Shown here in pieces: positions 37,403 through 49,843 of a stretch of 64,000 bases of DNA (the stretch's first letter is position 1; each line of letters starts with the position of its first letter). This DNA comes from Chiloscyllium plagiosum (lineage: Eukaryota). The stretch spans positions 72,142,071 to 72,206,070 of the forward strand of contig NC_057718.1 of NCBI RefSeq assembly GCF_004010195.1. Reading direction: 5' to 3'. The position numbers and the translations under genes are program-made. Below the pieces are notes generated by a model, which saw nothing but the letters and a program-made list of their open reading frames with translations, was not told where the DNA came from and searched no databases.

Positions 37403-39225
37403 AACAGATTCTGGATTAGTGGTGCTGGAAGAGCACTGCAGTTCAGGCAGCATCCAAGGAGCTTCGAAATCGACGTTTCGGGTAAAAGCCCTTCATCAGG
37501 AATAAAAGTCTTTCACTTCTTTCGTGTGTAAATCACAAAACGTTTTTTAAAAGTTGCATTCTAAGATTAACGAACAATTGGTGTTAGCTAGACAATATGT
37601 TGAAGGTGTTAGCCCCCTGTGTTCTCTGTCTATGCCATGATGTTTAGATTGATTCTAATCTAAAAAGTGAGATAACAGAATTTTACATGAATTCATGCAG
37701 GTTTTGAGCAAACTACAATGTAATCCTGCAAGTACCAACTGCCAACCACCAAGCAACAACTGCCAAACCTCAAACAGATCATTGTTCGTAGCAAGCTGCC
37801 TGGCTTTCAGGACAATCCCTACATCTTGTCACGGTAGGCGTTGCAAGACGTTGTCAGAGTGTGGACATTACACATGGGGACATCTCCCACCATGTATGTG
37901 GAAGGTACTCATGTGACTCAGCCAACGTTGTCTATCTTATTTTCTCTTGTCTATCTTATACGTTGCAGGCAAGGATGCCGTGAGGCATGGTACATTGGGG
38001 AAACCGAGAAAGGCTTCGGCAACGGATGACACTGCACAACAATCAACAGACAGGAGTGTTTCCTCCCAGTGGAGAGAGGAGAACTTCTTCAAGGCAGGCA
38101 TCCTTGCAAGAGGATTTGCTGTAGGGTTAAAATCAACTAGGTAAAAACAATGACTGCAGATGCTGGAAACCAGATTCTGGATTAGTGGTGCTGGAAGAGC
38201 ACAGCAGTTCAGGCAGCATCCGAGGAGCAGTAAAATTCGAGTTTGTTTCAGGACATGGTTGAAGAGCTTCAGGGCAGAGGAGATGACCTGGGGGTTGCAG
38301 TCAGTTGCACTTTACCGCAAACCCACAGACAACCTCACAATACTACACTTCTCCAGCTTCCACCCAAAACATATTAAAACAGCCATCCCCTATGGACAAG
38401 CCCTACGTGTATGCCGGATCTGCTCAGATGAGGAGGAACGTGACAGGCACCTGGAAGTACTCAGGGATGCCCTCATAAGAACGGGGTAAGTTGCTCAACT
38501 CATCGACCGCCAGTTCCGACGTGCCACAGCAAGGAACCATAATGACCTCCTCAGGAGACAGATACATGCTGCAACTGATAGGGTACCCTTTGTTGTTCAG
38601 TACTTCCCAGGAGCTGAAAAACTATGCCATGTTCTTCGTGACCTGCAACACATTATCAGTGAGGATGAGCACCTCGCCAAGTCATTCCCCACACCTCCAC
38701 TGCTTGCCTTTAAACAACCGCCAAACCTCAAACAGATCATTGTTGGTAGCAAGCTGCCCGGCTTTCAGGACAACGCCATACAACCCTGTCACGGTAGGCG
38801 CTGCAATACGTGTCAGAGTGTGGACATGGATACCACCATTACATGTGGGGATACCTCCCATCTTGCATCATGTACATGGCAGGTACCCATGTGACTCAGC
38901 CAACGTTGTCTATGTTATACATTGCAGGCAAGGATGCCCTGAGGCATGGTACATTGGGGAAACCGAGCAAAGGCTACAGCAACGGATGAATGGGCACCGC
39001 ACAATAATCAACAGACAGGAGTGTTCCCTCCCAGTTGGGGAACACTTCAGCAGTCCAGGACATTCGACCTCGGACCTTCGGGTGACCATCCTCCAAGGCG
39101 GACTTCAGGACAAACAGCAGCGAAAAGTGGCTGGGCAGAGGCCGATAGCTAAGTTCCATACCCATAGGGAGGGCCTCAACCAGGACTTTGGGTTCAGGTC
39201 ACACTATAGGTGACCACCATTTACT

Positions 39226-39582
39226 ATACACACACACAGACACTCCGACACACAGACACACACACACACACAGGCACCCCTGTACACGCACATACACACG
39301 AACACACATATTAACAGACATGCACACAGACACTCACACACACCCTTACAGACACACACACTCCCACATGCATCCTCTCAGAGACTTAGACCACTCTACA
39401 CTCACGCATACACATATACACTCCCTCTCACAGACACTCACAAGCCCCCACCCCAGACACACTCCCACACTCACACATGCACCCCCTCAAAGACTTAAGA
39501 GACTCTACACTCACATAGACATGCATATACACTCTCTCACACAGACACTCACAACCTCCCCACCCCAGACACACACACACAC
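39226..39582. repeat. Degenerate (CA)n-rich low-complexity tract
   Basis: Visible CA repeats with ~130-bp internal duplication. Confidence 0.9.
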
Positions 39583-39975
39583 AAAGTCCCAATACATATA
39601 TTTTGTGGGGTGAATTTGTACTTGCAGAGTTACATTGTGCTTTGCTCAAAAACTGCATGAATTCATGTAAAACTCTGTTATCTCACTTTTTAGATTAGAA
39701 TCAATCGAAACATCATGGCATAGACACAGAACACAGGGGGCTAACACCTTCAACATATCGTCTAGCTAACACCAGTTGTTACAGTTAACCTGAGAATGCA
39801 ACTTTTTAAAAAAGGTTTTGTAATTTACACATGAAAGAAGTGAAACTATCATGGTATTCGAACAGATAAAAGACTCAACAGACAACCAAGGTATTTTTCA
39901 ATGTATAATTTCAGTTACGTCACACTGTAAATTTGTTCTATAAATTCTGTGCCTTACAATTGTGTCCTCCACAAC

Positions 39976-40010
39976 CACCTGATGAAGGAGCGTCGCTCCG
40001 AAAGCTAGTG
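39976..40010 (+). ncRNA. Minimal hammerhead ribozyme motif in PLE terminal repeat
   Basis: CAC-CTGATGA-A-GGAGC-GTC-GCTCC-GAAA-G-CTA-GTG: stem I CAC/GTG and a perfect 5-bp stem II. Confidence 0.75.
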
Positions 40011-40612
40011 TGCTTCCAATTAAACCTGTTGGACTATAATCTGGTGTTGTGTGATTTTTAACTTTGTACACCCAGTCCAACACTGGCATCTCCAAATCAT
40101 CACTCATTACTGCTTTGGTCAGTGTGCCAAGGATATCTTTCCCCCGCACATGGGCAATTGGACAAATACAATGTTTGTTTCTAAAATACAGAGTTTGTTT
40201 CTAAGAATGTGGTCATTTTGAATTTTTGGGAACGTCAAGCAATTCCCCTCCCTCACACTCCTTTAAATCCTATGGCCTTATCCTTCTCTGCTGTACATCA
40301 ACTCCAGGGCTAATTGTTCAAATCCACCTAAACACATATACCAAAAGAAACAGGGTTAGAGACATGATAGTTGGAGCAAGCAATTACTTGGTATTCTGAT
40401 AAAAGATTCATATATTTCACTGAAGGATATGTCAGCCAAAATGTTTCACAAACAATGGTACATATGAAGTTAACAAAGTTGGCATGGGGTGCAATTAATG
40501 ACTGATAGACAGAACAAGTTACACCCCAAGATAGCTTACCTGTATAAAGGTAAAACTTGTTCTCCGCAACATTTACAATTAAGGATGGTCAGAAATTCCT
40601 GACCAATTATCC

Positions 40613-40991
40613 CTTTTTTAAAATATATTTTTTATTGAAAAAAGATTTTTTTTTAATATTACAACATACACACAACACAACAATTTACAACAGTACAAAG
40701 ACACCCACTAATTACATAACAAATAATAACTAACAACAAATTTTAAAATTCATGACAATAGTAATAGTTATGATAATAATACAGCTCAGCAAAACAAAGA
40801 TTATCGAGAGCATAAATTTATACATATTCATGTGGTTGTAATTCCTCCTCTCTGGTTACCACATTCATTAAACAGAATCACCATGGCTAGAAAAAGGCCC
40901 TTATTAATATCGCAGAAACATCTGTGCCCCAGTAGTCCAAAGAGGGCCGCCATATTTTATAGAAATTTTCCATTTTATGGTGCACCATACT
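40613..40991 (-). mobile_element. L1 3' end (ORF2 C-terminus, UTR, poly-A)
   Basis: MVHHKMENFYKIWRP...ILIRAF is homologous to 8879-8980; poly-T tracts on the plus strand. Confidence 0.8.
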
Positions 40992-41491
40992 NNNNNNNNN
41001 NNNNNNNNNNNNNNNNNNNNNNNNNNNNNNNNNNNNNNNNNNNNNNNNNNNNNNNNNNNNNNNNNNNNNNNNNNNNNNNNNNNNNNNNNNNNNNNNNNNN
41101 NNNNNNNNNNNNNNNNNNNNNNNNNNNNNNNNNNNNNNNNNNNNNNNNNNNNNNNNNNNNNNNNNNNNNNNNNNNNNNNNNNNNNNNNNNNNNNNNNNNN
41201 NNNNNNNNNNNNNNNNNNNNNNNNNNNNNNNNNNNNNNNNNNNNNNNNNNNNNNNNNNNNNNNNNNNNNNNNNNNNNNNNNNNNNNNNNNNNNNNNNNNN
41301 NNNNNNNNNNNNNNNNNNNNNNNNNNNNNNNNNNNNNNNNNNNNNNNNNNNNNNNNNNNNNNNNNNNNNNNNNNNNNNNNNNNNNNNNNNNNNNNNNNNN
41401 NNNNNNNNNNNNNNNNNNNNNNNNNNNNNNNNNNNNNNNNNNNNNNNNNNNNNNNNNNNNNNNNNNNNNNNNNNNNNNNNNNNNNNNNNNN
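40992..41491. other. Assembly gap (500 N)
   Basis: Run of N. Confidence 1.
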
Positions 41492-41599
41492 TTGACCCTC
41501 GCCCTTTGATGCCTGACTCTGGAATCCCTGAACCCAAACCCTGCCCCACTCATCCAGGCCCCAGCTTTGACCTGGCGAAATCTGCTGCTGTCCTACAGC

Positions 41600-44500
41600 C
41601 TGCAGTAACTGTGCCTCAGGATCCGAGCAGGAAGCTGGGACCCAGCCCTGCCCACTATCACCTGATTACCCAGGGCAGGTCAGAAAGTGACATGTCTGGC
41701 TTTCCCTGTCCTCATCATGCCTTCTGCCTTCTCCCAGTCAATTGTATTCCTGGAGAAGCTGGGGAGAGGAACCTCAGGTCCCATGACTACCAGGCCGGGC
41801 ATTTACCACAGCCACTGTCTCCTAGGGGAAGAGGAGTGCTCCCTATAGGGGGTGGGCCCGCAGCACCTCCTGCCTCTCCTGTACTGGAGCCTGTCCTTCC
41901 TGGAGCCCCGGGGATGCAGCAGGTTCTCCTCTTGCAACAATTCGACTGGTCCCTGTGGATGAGCCTGAGCCCCAAATTGGCTATGGGGTGGTCTGTAACA
42001 GTTTTAACCCTCACTGTGGATGGGACATTTCTATCTATCGACCCATTGGAGGTTATGGCCCAGAGGGTCGTGATCTCCAACATCCCACCCTTCATTGCCA
42101 GTGATCTTCTCTTCCTCCTTGTCCAAACTCTGGGGGAGATCTGGTCAGGTGTTCAACAGCTCCTGCTCAGTCTGAAGGACCCCTCCCTAAGAGATATTTA
42201 CTTCTGGCACCAGATGTTTATTTGCCTGGTCTCCGGAGGAGGTCACCGAGGGCTCCCTTACTCTCCTCCACGAGGGCATGGCCAACCGCACCTTTTGGAT
42301 GGCAGGTGGCGTGTGGTGCCACTTGTGCAATAATCCCAGTCAGTGGAGGGGAGGAACGTGCTTTCCTCACTTCTCCTTCCCAGACTATTTTCTCAGGCAC
42401 CTTGGTCCAGTGGGAGGACCTTTTTCTCCGAGGAGCCGGGCATTCCGGTGTCAGGAGAAAGTGGGAACCTGACCCTCCATTGCCCAATGGCCTGACCTTG
42501 GGGCATTTCTGGATGGAACACACTGAAGAAATTCCTGCTGGTGACTCTGGGGTGGGGTCACTGGGGCTTTGACTAGCCCCTACTCTCACATTGGGGGAGG
42601 CACCTGTGACCAAGACGACTGCCTGGAGGAGGGTTCGGTCTTGGTGTTGGATGCTGGAGTCCATCTCCAGGGAGCTTTTTAATTCCTCGGTGCCCCTACC
42701 TAGCTCCGCTTCATCCCCCTCGGGTAACTCCAGAACTTTGTCTTGGAGAAATGCAGTCGCCATGATAGAGCCCAGCTGGCGCTCGACCACCAGAGGTCTT
42801 TTGAACAAGTCTGCTGGTCAATTCATGCTGCGTGTCAAGCACCTGGGCTAGACCTGAACAGGCGAAGGTGTTTCAGAAACTTCCTCGGTGCACTCCTGGG
42901 GAGGGTGGGGGTATTTTGCACCCCTCTCTTGTCCTCCCAGTAAAGTAAATGTATTTTGTTTTGGTGATAGTTGTATATTACTACTGACACGAAGACTACT
43001 ATAGCCAGCCTCAACATCAACAGCAGCAGGGAGTCACAACACAGATTCCAGGCCTTCTCAGGCCATCGGGCAATGGAGGTGCTTCCTGCAAGAAACCATT
43101 ACTCACTCGGGAAACGAAGCCACCCGGCTGCTGGTGTGGCAAGGGAGGGCGATCTACATGACTCAACTCACACCCAGATCTGGCGGAGTCTCTATCTTGT
43201 TGGCCCCACATTTTAGGCTGGAGATTGTGAGGGTCAGGGAGCCTGTGCCAGGCTGTCAGCTGATGGTGTGGCTGGGGAGCGCAGGGAACTTCTATGCTCC
43301 CCTGGTCGGACCGAGGCAAACCCACGTTTACGAAAAAGTGTACACTTATCTCGCTCCATTAACGAAGGCCAGTGCGTTGTCCTCGAGGACCGGGACCACA
43401 GCCATGCCAGGCCTGGTTTGACATTGGGGAGGAGGTTGGGGAATTTGGTTAAGTCCTTCAACTTGGTGGTAATCTGGCAGAATCTCCATCCTGACTCCAT
43501 CACCTTCACCTCCGTGAGGCCTGGGGACGGAGGGTCAAGAATTGACTGCCTGTACGTTTTGTGAGCATACGCCTCCTGCATTCTGGTGACCTCCATGCGG
43601 CAGGTGCCATGCAAGGACCATCACCTGGTGTGGACAGAACACCTTCCGTTTAGCATCTGGCTTGGGTCTGCATACTGGCACACTGACAACCTGATGCTAG
43701 AGGACGAGCAGTTCTGAGATTCATTTTGTTGGTTCTGGGCTGGCTGGAGAAGGAAGGGGGGTGGTTTCCCCTCCTTGAGGCTTCGGTGGGACATGGAAAA
43801 GACTCCAATCTGTGGTTTTGGCTTCTCGCCTGACTTCTGTGCTGGCCCACATGATCTACCCGGGACTTGATCCAATTCTGTTGACAGGCTGGTCTGCTGA
43901 GTGCCTTCCTGTCTCTCGATCAGGAGAAGGTGTGCAACAGGGTTGATCACGAGTATCTGCTCAGAACTCTGCGAGCATTCAGGTTCGGGAAGCGGTTCAT
44001 TACCCAGATCTGACTTTTGTACATTGCTGCCAAGTGTATGGTTAAAGTTAACATATCCCTTCACTTCAGGAGAGGAATGTGTCAAGACTGCTCCTTGTCC
44101 GGCCAGCTGTATTTCCTGTGTAGAGCCTTTCCTGCAACTCTTGCAGAGGAGCTTGTCGGGGTTGGTTTCTGCGTGGCAAGAGCACGGGGGTAGTCCTTTC
44201 GGCTTATGCTGACGACGTACTCCTCACTTTCACTGACCTGGCTGACCTGGGGAGGATGCGCAAGTGCCAGGCGGTGTACTCTGCGGTGTCTTCCGCCAGG
44301 ATCAACTGAGCCAAATGTTCTGGACTACTGGTGGGTCTGTGGCAGTTGGACTGTCTGCCAGAGAAGTTATGGGGGTTCAACTGGAGTCCATGCATCTCCT
44401 CTGTCTGGGGGTCTACCTCAGCCCAGCTGAAGAGTCCTGGCTGACGAATTGACTGGAGCTAGAGGCCAAAGTCTCAGCTTATCTGGGCTGCTTGAGCAAA

Positions 44501-45900
44501 CTGCTCTGATGCTATCTTACCGAAGTTGAGTGCTGGTGTTAAACCAGCTGGTGGCTGCCATGCTGTGGTACTGTCTGGTCCCTTTGGTCCCTCCTCCTAG
44601 TTTTGTCGCTGACATCCAGAGAATGTCGGTTCATTTCTTCTGGGACAAAAAACGCACTGGATGGCGGCACAGGTTCTGAGTCTCCCTATTGAGGGTGGTC
44701 AATTGCTGGAGCAATTCCGCACACAGGTGATGACTTCCTGTCTTCAGATCTTGCAGCAATACCTTTACGTTGAGCCTCCTCCTAGGTGGTGCGCCCTGAA
44801 AACATTTTTTCCGCCAGATACTCAACCTCAACTACGACACACAGCCCCTATTTATCAACCGTGACAACTTGGAGGTCACTCTCAGGACGCTGCCTTGTCT
44901 TCTGCCAGAATCTGTTCACTATCTGGAACGTGGTCAACTTATGTTGCGCCTATCCTCCAGCATGAGTAGTGGCTGTCATCAGGGAGCCGTTGCTCGGCAA
45001 TCCGCAACTCTGTACTCACTGGTTTGAGTGGCTGTGGGAGGAGAGGCCCTATGGCGGTGAGGGTGATTAGAGTCGGGGATGTGCTGAGCAGCAGTGGCCT
45101 GGTCTGGACATAGCGAACAGGGCAGCGGTAGACATCCAGTTCGTGGCCACTGCCATTCGACGCCTTAAAATAGTGCCAGTTGGAAGATGCTCAGGCGTGC
45201 GGTGGAATCCCATCCACAGGTGCCCCTACCCAGATGGAATTTCACATTGGCCCCAAGGTCCCGTACCTCCCGGAGGAGCCTGTGCCCCACAACGTGAGCC
45301 ACTCAGGGTTTTAGCTTTGTTGCCTTCAGGGACATAAATCGGCTGGCCTTGTATTGACTGCTGTGGCACACCGTCACCTCTTCTTCCTTTTCCACCACCT
45401 GTATGTGCCTTGGCCTGCCAATTTGCCACTGGGAGGTGGAGATCCTCAGTGGAGGGTTCTCTACATGGGAATCCTCCCCTTTTCACTTGGGGATCTGTAG
45501 TGGAGGGTGCTACACGCAGCAGCCGCAGATTGTGGTGGTTCACGGACTCTCAGATCAACTTGGAGTCCGTGTACCATGTATGTATTGGGTATGAGTGTTT
45601 GCACTCCCTTTTTCGTTTTCTTAAGGAAAGTCTTTTATGTTTTTGGTTGCACTTCAGTCCCACGCTCCTGATCTTTGGGCACCTGGTGCGGAGGGGAGAG
45701 GTAGGTCTGAAGACCTCCTCTTGGGTCTGTTCCTGGGCCTGGCCAGGCTGGCCACAAACAGGCCTAGGCAGCAGGCCATGGAGGGGGTCGTTATGGCCGA
45801 TTGCGTGCCCCTCTTCTGCAGTTATGTTTGGGCCCAGGTATCGCTAGAGAACAAGCATGTGGTATCTACCACCACCCTTGAGGTTTCAGGGACTACTTGT
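41600..45900 (+). mobile_element. Decayed Tx1-type (L1 superclade) non-LTR retrotransposon
   Basis: ORF1-like VVISNIPPFI...SLKDPSLR; ORF2 TIASLNIN, FLQET, SRIDCLY, AYADDV (~44202-44220), ESVYHV...C; many frameshifts. Confidence 0.8.
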
Positions 45901-47637
45901 CACTGGCTGCGCGGATGTTTCCTTTCTTTCTGGTAGTGCAACATGAATAAAGATTTCTACACTTGTTCTTCACTGTGTCCTACACCTACACACACACACA
46001 TGACATGGGTGCTGGGGAAAATAAGCACTACTGCTGTTTGGAAGGAAGAAAAAAAATACCAGAAGATGTAGAAAATCCTCGGTTCAGGAGACTGACTACA
46101 AGCTGACTGGGCACATAGACAGGGGAAGAGAGTTCCCTTCAGGAAGGAGATATCCTTCCGTTTTTCTTCTTTGTTATTGTGTTTTTGGGTTTCTTTTCTT
46201 TCATTGAGCTGTATTCAGCTGCACGAGTAGCCACCACAAAAAACATAAACAGAGAATTTGGAATGTCCTCAGTTTGGGGACTGACTCCAAGCTGGCTGGC
46301 CGCATAGCTAATATGCTCCAGCGAGGAGAACTGATGTCTGTGCTGGCTAAGTTACAACCAGTACTGTTGTTTGTTTGTTGATTTGTTAGAACTGAAATGG
46401 CTGGCTAAGCGGCCAGGTGTTGGAGAGACCTGTGAGTTCCAGGATGACTTGGTGATGCGACCCGGCCTTGTGTTGTTGGTTTGGGGGTTGTGCCCTTGCG
46501 GGTAGGCCTAACTCCTATGCTTTCACAGGTGGAATCTGTTCCCATGAGTGAACATTACTTATGTATATGGATTTGCTTCTGCATGTGGATTTGCTTTCAT
46601 GTGGGGACTTTGCTCGGGTGTGGTCTTTGCCTGGGTATTGGGAATTTCTATTGTGTGAGGATTTTGTAAACTGTTACTGTAATTGATTGTGTTTGGGGTT
46701 TTTGTGTGTTTAGTTGGGTAGCTAAAGGTTAGAAGGTCGGCTGAGAACGATGAGGTGCCAGAATTGGGGAGGCCGGTCAATACATGGAGCAGTTGAGCCA
46801 GGCGGCTGACAGAGGCCTGTAAGAAGGCTGACTGGCGGAGGACAAGTCAGTACGCAGGGAAGCTGGGAGCTGATAGCCAGTGAGTAGGAAAGTTGGCCAG
46901 ACGAAAGGGTCAGTCAGTATGTGGGCCGGCCAGGTGCAGGCAGGCTGACAACCGTTGGGGAGCTGTGAGGCCAATGACCGTGCCAGAGAAAAGAGGGCCT
47001 GGGGAGGGTCAGTCAGTACAAAGTGTGGCTGAAGACCAGAAGGTCTATGACAGTCCCACATGAAAGCTAGCCAAGGGAGGTCTGATCAGTACGTGGTGTG
47101 GACCGGTGTCAGGAAGTATGTAGGGTACCTAGAGATCGGTGGATGTCAGGGAGAGTTGAGTTGTGTAATCAGTGTTTTTCATTGTTGAATGTTGTGTTTT
47201 GTACTGTTTTCTTTTATGCCTGGGTGCAGGCAATGTGTAAAGTGTTGCAGTTGTATATTGTGGGCCTCTGCCTGCTGTAAACTTTGCCCTTAGAGGCTTA
47301 AATTGAATCTTTGCTGGACTTCCATCATTGTGGTACCTTTTAAAAGGACAATGACTTATGTGAAAATTCTATATATGTTTTATGTAGTGTTGTTTATTTT
47401 GTGAGATTTGTGATGGTTGTGTCCCTGTTTCTCTATGCTGATTTTGTGGCAGGTTTAGCCCTTACTCTCTGGGTTTTTACTTTTTGGTGTTTGGACTGAG
47501 TCCCTGTGAATCAATTGCACCTTTACAAATTAATTGTATCTCTGTGAGTGGGCCTGGGCTGCTGTGGTTGGACAAGGCCTTTGCAGAGACTGAACACCTG
47601 TGTGGGTGTTGTGAGGTGCATTTGCTGTTTTCAGGAC

Positions 47638-47713
47638 TGGACTCTGCATACTGAAGTGGACTTTATTTCTGGTAATGGACTCTGCATACTGAAATGGACT
47701 CTGTTTTTGGTAA
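47638..47713. repeat. 38-bp tandem duplication
   Basis: TGGACTCTGCATACTGAARTGGACT.T.TTT.TGGTAA twice. Confidence 0.85.
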
Positions 47714-48640
47714 TTGGTAATTCGGCCTTTTTTAATCACTTGCACTGTGTCTTGTGTCCCTGGGTGTGGCAGGTCTTTCTGTGAGCTGAAAGGTTCATAG
47801 GTCGTCCCGAAAGCTGTTATCCCGACAGTCATACAGTGGGTAGGCCGTCTCAATGCCGGTCGCCCCAAGAGAAGGAGAAGGAGTCCTTGAGGTGGCCCAA
47901 AGGTGTGTCAGGGTGGACTGAGAGCCAGAAAGGGCATAGGGGGCGGCCTACCTTGTTGCTGGAAGGTGGAGGGGGGGCAGGCCATATGCTGGTTTACCAG
48001 GGGTATCTGTTTAATGTGCACTATTTTATTGTTCGGTTGATCAGACTGTCTTGTATGTATTTGTGTTGACTGTGTCCTTTTTGGTAAGATAAGGTGGGAT
48101 TTGGGGTTCGTCCGCATTTCTCTGAGAACTGGTTGTACAGTGGGGTTTGGGGTTTAGCCTTGCTGCCCCTTTCCTCTGTAAATTGCTGTTTCTTGTAAAG
48201 GAAGAGTGAAATCCGAAGCTATACTTCAAACTGTACTCTCATGCTTAAATCTTCCTACGTTGGTCTCTTGCCAGAATTTTCAAATGTTAGATACAAGAAA
48301 ACTGCAGATGCTGTAATCCAAAGTAGACAAGCAGCAAGCCAGGCAGCATCAGGAGGTGGAGAAGTCAACATTTCAGGTATAACCCTTTTTCAGGACTGGA
48401 GGTGGGGATAAGGGGAGATGCAGATAAAGGGGGTAGGGGGGAGTGGTGAGCTAGTCATAAGTGAGCACAGGTAGAGGGTACAGCCTGGTTGGTTGATGGG
48501 AGAAATGAATCCGGTTGGTAGCTTGATCAGAGGAATGGAAGGGAAAAGGAAGGGCTGGAAAGGGAGGTTATTTAAAACTGGAGAACTCAGTGTTCAGTCC
48601 TCCAGGCTGTAGGTTGTCCAGATAGAAGGTGAGGTGTTAT

Positions 48641-49843
48641 CATAGAAAAGCAGCCCCTTTGGTCCAACTCGTCTAGGCTGACCAGTTATCCGAATCTAAT
48701 CTAGTCCCATTTGCCAGCACTTGGCCCATCTCCCTTGAATCCTTCCTATTCATATTCCCATCCAGATGCCTTTTAAAAGCTGTAATTGTACCAGCCTCCA
48801 TCACTTCCTCTGGCAGCTCATTCCATACATGCACCATCGTCTGCGTAAAAGAAGTTGCCTTTAGGTCCCTTTTATATCTTTCCCCTGAAGAGGGAGATGG
48901 CATGGCGCAGATTGGCACTAGGTACACAGACATATAAGTTGGCTGCTGAGCCATCAGGTGGCCAACTTGACACACAAGATGGCTGCCAGATCATAATATG
49001 GAGAGAAATAGCAGAGCAGATACAAATACTGCCTGGGGTCACCAGAATGCCAGCACAATGCACTCACAACCCAATTGATTAGTTTAAGGTGGGTGGGGGA
49101 GAGAATACACATGAGTAATGAACATTGCCCGCCGCAGTGTCTGGCTCCAGCCAACACCTCTTATAGAAATGCCAGCAGCTTGATACAGACTCAATACGAA
49201 ATGCTAATAGCTGGACTGCAGTAATCATCCTTTTCAGGAAGAGAAATTGGCACCCATTACTATAACAATAGATTTCCATGCATACATTGAAACTCACAAT
49301 GTCTACACTGAAACTGACAATGACCACGTGGAAATTAACAAAGGCTGCGCTGGAACTGACAAAGACTGTATCAAAACTATCAATGATTCTGCAATGATTG
49401 CCATAAACAAACCATGTTCCAAAGACAATAATCTCATCACTGATCTATTGTATCACAAGATGTATAAAATTTTCTTGACACGTGCTTGGGTTGAGAGAAG
49501 ACTTGCAGCTGACCACTGTGCTGTTGGTGTCTTTCTCTCCCCAGAGCTCCAGTATTTCCTTATGCACTAAATTCTGTCATTGAACCCCCATTCTGCCTCT
49601 GAGACTGGTGGTTTTCCTCACAACACCCCTCTCACCCTAAACCTATGCTTTCTAGTTCTGGACTCCCCACCCCAGGAAAAAGACTTTGTCTGTTTGTCCT
49701 GTTCATGCCCCTCATGATTTTATAAACCTCTATAAAGTCACTCCTCAGCCTCTGATGCTCCAGGGAAAACAGCCCCAGCCTACTCTGCCTCTCTCAATAG
49801 CTCAAATCCTCCAACCCTGGCAACATCCTTGTAAATCTTTTCT
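48641..49843 (-). mobile_element. 5'-truncated CR1 inserted in the PLE
   Basis: Matches 13095-13556; 8-bp TSD GGTGTTAT (48633-48640, 49844-49851). Confidence 0.85.
48886..49625 (+). mobile_element. 740-bp solo LTR inserted in the CR1 fragment
   Basis: TG...CA termini, 4-bp TSD CCCC, TATAAAA at ~49463; removal restores CR1 ATCTTTCCCCTCTCACCC. Confidence 0.75.

Larger units (their letters stand above)
36897..40100 (+). mobile_element. Penelope-like element complex (Neptune-type) with upstream inverted terminal repeat
   Basis: RT thumb (LYRKPTD...HPKHIKTAIPYGQALR), Cys-rich linker, GIY-YIG (NVVYVIHC...YIGET); (CA)-rich tract; 36897-37062 plus 37507-37736 is inverted to 39617-40050. Confidence 0.85.

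Noticed and set aside
39188..39658. His/Thr-rich and Cys/Val-rich ORFs
   Set aside because: Translations of a (CA)n-rich tract.
41506..42333. 275-aa ORF as a host gene
   Set aside because: Its C-terminal half is Tx1 ORF1-like and it is followed by a disrupted Tx1 ORF2.
47810..47826. Minus-strand GGGATAACAGC resembling large-subunit rRNA
   Set aside because: The match is only ~11 nt and the flanks do not continue.
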